Positions 57,163 to 64,000 of a stretch of DNA of 64,000 nt are shown piece after piece. How positions within the stretch are numbered: the stretch's first letter is position 1; each line of letters begins with the position of its first letter. The stretch lies in NCBI GenBank assembly GCA_964291405.2, contig OZ219926.1, positions 3,776,001 to 3,840,000 of the forward strand. The letters are read 5' to 3'. The notes under the pieces are model-generated. The model did no database searches. It was given only the letters and a program-made list of their open reading frames with translations, and was not told the DNA's origin. The position numbers and the translations under genes were made by a program. The DNA is from Thermodesulfobacteriota bacterium. GTDB taxonomy: Bacteria > Desulfobacterota > Binatia > Bin18.

Positions 57163-58161
57163 ATGGAAAACGGACATACCATTTGTGTCGGAACTGTTGG
57201 CGCTGGGGTGTGGTATAGCTCGGACAGTGGCGCCCGTTGGCGGCGGAGTCGTATGAAGCTGCCGTTCTATGCCGAACCTGGGGAAATCCAGATTCGTTCG
57301 CTGGTGGTGTCCCCGCACAACCCCAACGTGGTGTATGCCGGCTCCGAGGTTGGGCTGTATCGCAGCGAGGATAAGGGCGCGGTCTGGGACTTGGTCGAAT
57401 CTCCCGCAGACGGCAAACAAATCTGGTCCATTGCCGTGCATCCTGACGACCCGAACGTCATTCTTTTCGGGACCAAACCGCCGTGCGTCTTTCGCACCAA
57501 GGACGGCGGTCAAACCTGGGAAGAGCTGCCCCTCAACGCGGCCGAGAGCTGCCTGGCCGGAGCGCCCAAGGTCACCAACCTCCTTTTTGATCCGCGCGAC
57601 TCCGGCACGGTCTGGGCCAGTGTTGAGATCGACGGTATCTATCGGAGTACCGATGGTGGCGACACCTGGGAGCATCTGCCCGCCCTGGGTAAAAGCGAGC
57701 TGAATCAGGATATCCACGGTCTGACCATCAGCCCCGACCCGCACCGAAAAATCATCGCCACCACCCCGGACGGTATTTGGACCAGCACGGACGAAGGCCA
57801 GAACTGGGCGCTACACGAGTTCCCACGTTTCTCCGAGCGGGGCATTTCGTACTGTCGCGGTGTGGCGCTGAAGGCCGACGATCCCAACGTCATGTTTGTG
57901 GGTAATGGGGATTTCATTCCGGGCAAGGTCGGGGCTATCCAGCGTTCGACCGATGGTGGACAAACCTGGCAGGCCGCCCCGTTACCCACCGTACCCAACT
58001 CAACCATGTACTGGTTTGCCACGCATCCGGCAGACCCTGACTTTATTGTGGCCAACAGCCTGCACGGCTATGTCTACACCAGTCAGGACGGCGGGGCGTC
58101 GTGGAGTAAATCCGAACGGGAGTTCGGTGAGGTCCGGGCCTTAGCTTGGGTACCAAACTAG
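57163..58161 (+). CDS. BNR/Asp-box beta-propeller protein (YCF48/VPS10-like)
   Basis: Seven S/TxDxGxxW Asp-box repeats; no signal peptide. Confidence 0.88.
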   Translation: MENGHTICVGTVGAGVWYSSDSGARWRRSRMKLPFYAEPGEIQIRSLVVSPHNPNVVYAGSEVGLYRSEDKGAVWDLVESPADGKQIWSIAVHPDDPNVILFGTKPPCVFRTKDGGQTWEELPLNAAESCLAGAPKVTNLLFDPRDSGTVWASVEIDGIYRSTDGGDTWEHLPALGKSELNQDIHGLTISPDPHRKIIATTPDGIWTSTDEGQNWALHEFPRFSERGISYCRGVALKADDPNVMFVGNGDFIPGKVGAIQRSTDGGQTWQAAPLPTVPNSTMYWFATHPADPDFIVANSLHGYVYTSQDGGASWSKSEREFGEVRALAWVPN

Positions 58162-58191
58162 GTCTTTCTGTCTCAAAAGTTTCTCTCCATT

Positions 58192-58216
58192 TCCCTCTCT
58201 CATTATGAGAGAGGGA
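58192..58216. terminator. Hairpin downstream of BNR gene
   Basis: TCCCTCTCTCA-tta-TGAGAGAGGGA perfect stem; no clear U-tract on +. Confidence 0.4.
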
Positions 58217-58358
58217 GGGTCTCGCCACTCAATTGAACGTGCATCACTCATTGTGTTCACGCCTCGTTGAGGAGATACAGCCAACCGAAACTCGCCCAAG
58301 GTTGTATAGAGACGAAGAAGCACATATTAAGGGACGGGTGCAAAAAACGGAGGCAGAC

Positions 58359-59519
58359 ATGCAGGCAGCGAGCAATGAGACAACGGGCGATTATGGGGCC
58401 GCTGAGTCGGCCATGCAGGTGTATCTGCGCGAGGGAGAGAAACGGGCCTATGCGCTCGATAATCGCGGTCCGATCCGTTTTCACGCCGATGGCAGGGTCC
58501 ACACCGACATTCTTGATGCCTATTGGAAATATGGCTTCTATGTCTTCGAGGGAGTGCTCGGGGAAGAGGAACTGAAGGATATCGAAGCCGACCTGTTCGA
58601 CATCATGGAACGCCTCCCGACCGAGCGGGGCTCTGCGGTCGATGCTCAGGGTCGCCCGGCCCTGGGGGCTGATTGTGAGGCGCGGACGCTGTTCTGGTCC
58701 AAACCGCTTGGCGACCCTTTTGGCGGGACCGATCTTGCCAACGGTCGGCATCCGGTCAAGATGCTGGAGCCCACCCCGGCCACGGATCTGCCTCAGGAAG
58801 TGGTCTATCTCATAATCGGCTCGCTACAATTTTCCGAAGCCAGCCTCCGCACCTATGCCCATCCGCATCTCCTGGCCGTGGCAGCAGCCGTCAACGGTGA
58901 GGATTTCTTGCCGTTCAGCGACGCGTTGTTTATTAAAGAGCCGGGCAAAGGGGCCTCGGTCGCCTGGCATCAGGATGGCACGACCCACTGGGACAGTCCG
59001 ACCTGGGACCAAGGAACCCACGGTTTCAACTTCATGGCCCAGCTCTACGGTTGCACTCCGGCAAACGGGGTGTGGGTCGTGCCGGGAACCCATAAAGTCG
59101 GACATATCGATATCACGCGACGGGTGGCCGAGGCGGGCTCGGAGCGTCTGCCGGATGCCGTTCCCATGGTGTGCGGTCCGGGTGATGTGGTCATCTCCAA
59201 CCGGCAATTGCTGCACTGTTCGTTTGCCAATACCAGCCCGGACTGGCGCGTCACGGTGAACTTTGGTTTTCATCGCCGCTCGTCCGTGTTGGGGGTGAAA
59301 GGTGGCGGAGTGCATAGCGCCCCGGCGGTCTACGATGAAGAACGTATCCGTATCCGCTCGCGCGTGATCGGCTATGCCATTGATGCGCGCCGGCAGCGCT
59401 TCCCGGACGAAACGCCGTTTGCCTATAAGCCGTTTGTCGAATCGGGCGAGCGCTACTGCTGGGACGAGGAAGCCAAAGCCAGCATGAAGGATTACAATCT
59501 GCTGGATTTCAGCATCTGA
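58359..59519 (+). CDS. Phytanoyl-CoA dioxygenase (PhyH) family Fe(II)/2OG oxygenase
   Basis: K.PG.G..V.WHQD, NG...VPGTH, GD.......LHCS..N.S...R; SD GGAGG. Confidence 0.88.
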   Translation: MQAASNETTGDYGAAESAMQVYLREGEKRAYALDNRGPIRFHADGRVHTDILDAYWKYGFYVFEGVLGEEELKDIEADLFDIMERLPTERGSAVDAQGRPALGADCEARTLFWSKPLGDPFGGTDLANGRHPVKMLEPTPATDLPQEVVYLIIGSLQFSEASLRTYAHPHLLAVAAAVNGEDFLPFSDALFIKEPGKGASVAWHQDGTTHWDSPTWDQGTHGFNFMAQLYGCTPANGVWVVPGTHKVGHIDITRRVAEAGSERLPDAVPMVCGPGDVVISNRQLLHCSFANTSPDWRVTVNFGFHRRSSVLGVKGGGVHSAPAVYDEERIRIRSRVIGYAIDARRQRFPDETPFAYKPFVESGERYCWDEEAKASMKDYNLLDFSI

Positions 59520-59548
59520 GGACGGACGGCATGGCGCCGTTTCTTCCT

Positions 59549-61849
59549 TCAGAATTTGACCCGTACCCCACCAAAGGCGCCGAACGGTTGCCCCGGCCCC
59601 ATAAAGCGTTCGACACCGGTCTCATCCACCGCATTTTCAAAATACGCGCCGTAGCTTTCGTATTCTTCGTCAAAAATATTTTCGAGACGCAGAAAGATAT
59701 CAAACACCTTATAGCTGTATTCAAGCGCGGCGTTGGCCACAAAATACGGGTCCAGACGACTGCGTTGGTTGGCCTCATCGCCCCGCAACCGCTGCCCATC
59801 CACATAGGCCCCGTCCAGGCTCAGCCGTAACTGAGAGCCGATGAAAAACTCGATACCGCCATTGACCCGATGCGGCGGAACCAGCGGCAGACGGTCTCCG
59901 TCACGGACCAGGGCGATGCGCTCTTCATTGGCGAACGTAAACAGCTCAATCTCATCATTAAATGTGGCATCCGTTACCGTGTAATTCAGAAACCAGTTGC
60001 CCCAACTCCACACACCGCGCAGCAGGAGTTCGATGCCCTGGCGACGAGTGGCATCCACGTTCTGAAAAAACCCCAACACGCGGCTCTCCGGTTCGTTACG
60101 AAACAGGATGTCGTCTTTAAGGTCCGTCCGAAAGAAAGCCAGGGTCGCGTCAATATAGGGCGGCAAGGCCCAGCGGACGCCCGTCTCCCAGGTCTTTCCC
60201 TTCACCGCATTCAGGGGCGGGTCATCCACAATCGCGGTCGGCACCGGGCAGGGCGCTTCGGGGTTGGCGCAGGTCAGCTCGATCGCGGTCGGCGCGCGAT
60301 AACTCTCACTATACCCGGCATACAGGCTCAGATGCTCGGTGAAGGTATAGGTCGCTCCGACTGCGGGATTAAACCGGTCAAAGGTATGGTTGCCGCTGGC
60401 GTCCGTTCCCGCCCCTTCGTCGTCATCATCGTCCTCAAGCCCGGCGAGGCGGTCCTTAATGCGGAGATAGGTGACCTCGTAGCGCCCGGACACGGTCACC
60501 GTCAGTTTATCAATCGGTTCGGCGCTGATAGTAAAAAACGGGCCGCCGGCGTGGGTTTCGGTTTTAACATTGGTCTCCACCTCAAATTCGTCCGCCTCGT
60601 CCTCTACCAGGGCCTGGAGCAGAGCCAGGTCGTCTTCCAACTCATCATCGCTGTCGTCATCGTCGTCGTGGTCGCCGTTGTCATCCCCATTATCATTGCC
60701 GTCGTCGTCATCGTCGTCCTCCCCCCGCTCGCCAATGAGGTGGTCAAGCCGGGCTCCGCTGTAATCGCCGCCAATCGTGATCGAGACCGGCCGCTCCCAT
60801 ACCGTCCCTTGGTAGGCCAACTGGAGTGCCCCTCCCCAACCCTTCTGATTCGTGCGAGCGTCGACGTCTTCTTCAACATCCACGTTAAACTGGTCCACAT
60901 CCAACAGGCGGCCGTACAGATTGGCCGACAGCGAGAAGCCACGGCCCAGGTCGCGTTGGTATTGGCTGTTGAGAAACCACAGGTCGGGTTTGAAAATATC
61001 GGGATGAGTGAACACCGCGGAGCGGTCACGCTTGAGACGGCTTTCGGGCAACGGGCCGTTGCCGGTCAACTTGTTGTTTACATGGGTCAGGGAGAGAGAG
61101 AAATCATCACGCGTCCCCCGATAGCCGACCTTGCCGAAGAGATGGCCGACATGGCTTTTTGAGAAATCCCGAAAGCCGTCTTCGAGAAAGAGATTGCCCG
61201 ACACAAAATAGTCGAACTTGCCGCGGCTGCCCCCATGTTGCAGCAAGGTCCGATAGCGGGCGAAACTCCCGCCCCAGACCTCTACGGTGGTCCCCGGATG
61301 GGTAAAGCCGCGCTTGGTTTGCATCACAATGGTCCCGCCGAGCGTGTTCCGACCATAGACCGGGTTTGAACCGGGGATGAGCTCCAGACGATCAATGGCA
61401 TCGGTGGGAATCAAATCCCAGTTGACCTGGTCGGCCAAGGGCTCGTTAATGCGCACGCCATCGACAAAAACGCTCAGCCCCGGCGGCGTCCCAATCAGAA
61501 AGGAGCTGGTAAAACCCCGATAGCTGACGTCGGGCTGGAAGGGGTTGTTCTGGACATGATTCAGGTTTACCCCGCCCAGGCTGCGGGACAGAGTGTCGGT
61601 CAGGTTGAGCGCGCCGCGTCTTGTGATCTGCTCGCTGGTGAGGGTCTGTACATTGGCCGGGACGTGCTCGCGCGCGACGGGAGAGCTCATCAACGGCGTC
61701 GTGCCGCGTACTTCAATGTCCGGTAGGGCGACGGGCGGCGAAGACTGGGCTAGAACCGGCGTGGTTAACGCAAGACTCAGCGCAGCACTGCCAAAAATGT
61801 GCAGCAAGACCAGACAAATCCTTTGGCTTCGCAATGAGTTATCCTCCAT
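59549..61849 (-). CDS. TonB-dependent receptor with poly-acidic loop insertions
   Basis: Signal peptide, TonB-box-like DIEVRG, plug RGF...DGVRINE...IELIPG...YG.N.LGG.I, ENIFD..Y, C-terminal F. Confidence 0.9.
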   Translation of the reverse strand: MEDNSLRSQRICLVLLHIFGSAALSLALTTPVLAQSSPPVALPDIEVRGTTPLMSSPVAREHVPANVQTLTSEQITRRGALNLTDTLSRSLGGVNLNHVQNNPFQPDVSYRGFTSSFLIGTPPGLSVFVDGVRINEPLADQVNWDLIPTDAIDRLELIPGSNPVYGRNTLGGTIVMQTKRGFTHPGTTVEVWGGSFARYRTLLQHGGSRGKFDYFVSGNLFLEDGFRDFSKSHVGHLFGKVGYRGTRDDFSLSLTHVNNKLTGNGPLPESRLKRDRSAVFTHPDIFKPDLWFLNSQYQRDLGRGFSLSANLYGRLLDVDQFNVDVEEDVDARTNQKGWGGALQLAYQGTVWERPVSITIGGDYSGARLDHLIGERGEDDDDDDGNDNGDDNGDHDDDDDSDDELEDDLALLQALVEDEADEFEVETNVKTETHAGGPFFTISAEPIDKLTVTVSGRYEVTYLRIKDRLAGLEDDDDDEGAGTDASGNHTFDRFNPAVGATYTFTEHLSLYAGYSESYRAPTAIELTCANPEAPCPVPTAIVDDPPLNAVKGKTWETGVRWALPPYIDATLAFFRTDLKDDILFRNEPESRVLGFFQNVDATRRQGIELLLRGVWSWGNWFLNYTVTDATFNDEIELFTFANEERIALVRDGDRLPLVPPHRVNGGIEFFIGSQLRLSLDGAYVDGQRLRGDEANQRSRLDPYFVANAALEYSYKVFDIFLRLENIFDEEYESYGAYFENAVDETGVERFMGPGQPFGAFGGVRVKF

Positions 61850-61896
61850 ATCATCAGAAAGACACCAGGATAGCCGAATCCCACGCAAGAGCGGTA

Positions 61897-61937
61897 TCCG
61901 GGAAAACCCTGAAAGGCGGACAGGAGGACCCTGAAAG
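61897..61937 (-). promoter_or_regulatory. Tandem putative response-regulator binding sites upstream of the TonB receptor
   Basis: ACCCTGAAAG repeated at 61906 and 61928 (22 bp apart); first copy lies in the imperfect palindrome TCCGGG-AAAA-CCCTGA. Confidence 0.5.
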
Positions 61938-61946
61938 CGGGCGGGC

Positions 61947-62615
61947 TTAGTGGTCGGGTGCGACCAGACCGACTCGCACCGCATAGCGGACCAGGCCGGC
62001 AATATGGCGAATGCCGAGCCGGTCCATAAGCTGGCTGCGGTGGGTTTCGACGGTCTTGGTGCTGAGGTGCAGCAGGCTGGCAATCTGCTTGGTGGTATGG
62101 CCTTCGGCAATCAACTGGAGGATTTCACGCTGGCGGACGGTCAAAGGATTTGGCGCAGGTTCGGACATGTCCTCGGCCGGGTTGTTTACGCGCTGTAAAT
62201 AGCGGTCAACAACGTGTTTGGAGACAGCCGGACTGAGATAGGTTTCACCGCGGGATACGGCCTGCACGGCCAATTCGAGTTCGGTCGTCGCCGCGTCTTT
62301 GAGCAGATAGCCGGCTGCCCCCACCCGGAGCGCCTGGCTGACGTATTCTTCGTTTTTGTGCATGGACAGCATAATCACCTGGACCCCAGGGCAGGTTTTC
62401 GTGATCTGTGCGGTCGCGTCCAAGCCGTTGAGTCCCTGCATGGTCACATCCATGAAGGCGATATCCGGTTGGTGCTCTCGAACGAGACGGAGAGTGTCCC
62501 GGCCGTCATTGGCTTCGGCTACCACTTCGACGTTGGGAACCTGTTCGAGGAGGGACCGAATCCCGGCACGAACCAGGGTGTGGTCATCGGCCAGAAGAAT
62601 ACGAATGGGCTTCAC
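61947..62615 (-). CDS. NarL/LuxR-family response regulator
   Basis: ILLADDH..VR.G, PD...MD, GYLLK, LT.RQREIL.LIAEG, S.KTVETHR; GTG start. Confidence 0.93.
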   Translation of the reverse strand: MKPIRILLADDHTLVRAGIRSLLEQVPNVEVVAEANDGRDTLRLVREHQPDIAFMDVTMQGLNGLDATAQITKTCPGVQVIMLSMHKNEEYVSQALRVGAAGYLLKDAATTELELAVQAVSRGETYLSPAVSKHVVDRYLQRVNNPAEDMSEPAPNPLTVRQREILQLIAEGHTTKQIASLLHLSTKTVETHRSQLMDRLGIRHIAGLVRYAVRVGLVAPDH

Positions 62616-62629
62616 AGTACGACTCCAGG

Positions 62630-63604
62630 TCAGAGAGGAAAGTGGGCGCGGACCTCGCTGCCCTCCTGCGGGATGGACACAATGTTCAGGCTGCCCCCGG
62701 CCAACTCGGCGCGCTCCTGCATGCTTAATATGCCGATACTGCACCCCTGGATAGCGGCTTCCCGCGCGTGCGTCACGTTGAAACCGACTCCGTCGTCCTG
62801 AATCGTGCAGTGCAGGCTATCAGCGTGGATACCGAGCTCAATCCTCACTTGGCGGGCACGGGCGTGTCGAGCAATATTCGTTAAGGCTTCCTGGACAACT
62901 CGAAAACACGCAGTGGCAATATCAGGCGGAATGTCGCGGTCCGCCACTCCATCGCTCTGAAAGGAGTGGGCAATCCCACTGCTCTGGGCGTGACGGTCCG
63001 CATACCACCGCAGCGTAGGGACAAGGCCGAGGTCGTCCAGCATGGATGGACGCAGGTCCAGCGCAACATCCCGCACCTTTTCCAAGGTCTGATCCGTCAG
63101 GGCAAGACTCTCCTGTAAGCGGGCATTGGTCTCGGCCTCTGGAACATTGTCCTGCACGAGCTGGAGATTCAGCTTGATCATGGTCAGGGTCTGACCGACT
63201 TCGTCGTGTAACTCACGGGCAATACGCTGCCGTTCCTCCTCCTGCGACGCCTGAACCGTGCGGGACATGGTTTTGAGCGCAGCCTCAGTCTGTTTCCGCT
63301 CGGCGATTTCCTCGGACAGCACGATATTTGTGGCTTCGAGTTCCTGGGTTCGCTCCTGCACCCGTTGTTGGAGTTCATCGCGCGCCGCCTGGAGTGCGGT
63401 GATGAGTCGCTGTCCATAGTAGCCGATGACGACGAATAAGCCCCACACCACCAGGCGCAAGCGCACCTCTTCGGGCTCGGAAGTAAAGACTTCGGCAAGG
63501 AAGTGACGCTGCTGCTCAAACAGCCACACGTCGACCGCTGCGTCACACAGCCAAAACACGGTCCCCAGGCCAATGCTCAGCCACAGCAGCCTGCGATCTT
63601 TCAT
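62630..63604 (-). CDS. Sensor histidine kinase (HisKA_3)
   Basis: Two TM segments; EEERQRIARELHDEVGQ, LRP..LDDLGL, QEALTN..RHA, DDG.GF. Confidence 0.93.
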   Translation of the reverse strand: MKDRRLLWLSIGLGTVFWLCDAAVDVWLFEQQRHFLAEVFTSEPEEVRLRLVVWGLFVVIGYYGQRLITALQAARDELQQRVQERTQELEATNIVLSEEIAERKQTEAALKTMSRTVQASQEEERQRIARELHDEVGQTLTMIKLNLQLVQDNVPEAETNARLQESLALTDQTLEKVRDVALDLRPSMLDDLGLVPTLRWYADRHAQSSGIAHSFQSDGVADRDIPPDIATACFRVVQEALTNIARHARARQVRIELGIHADSLHCTIQDDGVGFNVTHAREAAIQGCSIGILSMQERAELAGGSLNIVSIPQEGSEVRAHFPL

Positions 63605-63662
63605 GGACTGCCGGTCTTTATCACCGCCCCCGCACGGGCCCCCAGGCGGGGGCCCTCGGTGC

Positions 63663-64000
63663 TTATTCGATGCGATACACGCGCGCGGCGGTGTCGTGAA
63701 TCAGCTTCCGGCGGTCGGTCTCGGACAGCTCGCTGAAGGTCGATTGGATGAACTCCTGTGAGCGCGGCCAGATGGCGGCCGTGTGCGGATAGTCCGAAGA
63801 CCACATGGCATTGTCCGCCGCATAGCGGTGATAGCCATCGAGCAGGATAGGCTCCTCAATGAAGGTCGCATACACCTGCCGCTTCACATAGTCGCTCGGC
63901 TTCATGCTCAACTCGACCGAGGAGAGCGGGCCGATTCGCCGGTGGGCAAAATCCATCCGCCACATAAAATAGGGCATCCAGGCCACGTCGTTCTCGGCCG
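63663..64000 (-). CDS. Amidohydrolase 2 family protein, 5'-truncated by window edge
   Basis: AENDVAW, SDYVKRQVYATF, WSSDYPHTAA; close paralog of the 6092-7204 C-terminus. Confidence 0.85.
   Translation of the reverse strand, partial: AENDVAWMPYFMWRMDFAHRRIGPLSSVELSMKPSDYVKRQVYATFIEEPILLDGYHRYAADNAMWSSDYPHTAAIWPRSQEFIQSTFSELSETDRRKLIHDTAARVYRIE

Overview
A gene-dense, mostly GC-rich bacterial chromosomal segment with about 55 supportable CDS. I found no rRNA, tRNA, CRISPR array, integrase or transposase. It is dominated by expanded catabolic families: 3 luciferase-like monooxygenases (LLM), 3 Amidohydro_2 enzymes, 2 close D-aminoacylase paralogs, 3 NTF2/SnoaL proteins and alpha/beta hydrolases. 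It also carries a tungsten AOR operon (aorABC-moaD type), a CoxMSL-type Mo-hydroxylase, an acetylene-hydratase-like pyranopterin enzyme, DUF1329, a TonB receptor with a NarL two-component system, two PIN toxin-antitoxin (TA) loci and an AAA-ATPase/RloB defence pair. This profile suggests a Binatia-like (former Deltaproteobacteria) and possibly sponge-associated organism, which is inference only. The most notable observations are: (1) a 2.2-kaa secreted Glu-type subtilase preceded by a separate, signal-peptide-bearing gene encoding only its propeptide, with a MITE cluster between them; (2) an unrecognised tandem ~140-aa 'ENPxxxSFQSGVG...GFGLLFNWN' module at the C-terminus of that protease and the N-terminus of an unrelated SGNH esterase, a possible lineage-specific surface tag; (3) a nitrile hydratase alpha subunit fused to its activator-like protein, with no beta gene nearby; (4) an NCS2 permease fused to a degenerate anti-sigma/GHKL-like domain; (5) decayed copies of an LLM gene 3' end bracketing inserted cargo; (6) a TonB receptor with very acidic loops and tandem operator-like sites; (7) a frameshifted vapC. 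All family calls come from motif recognition by eye; no searches were run.
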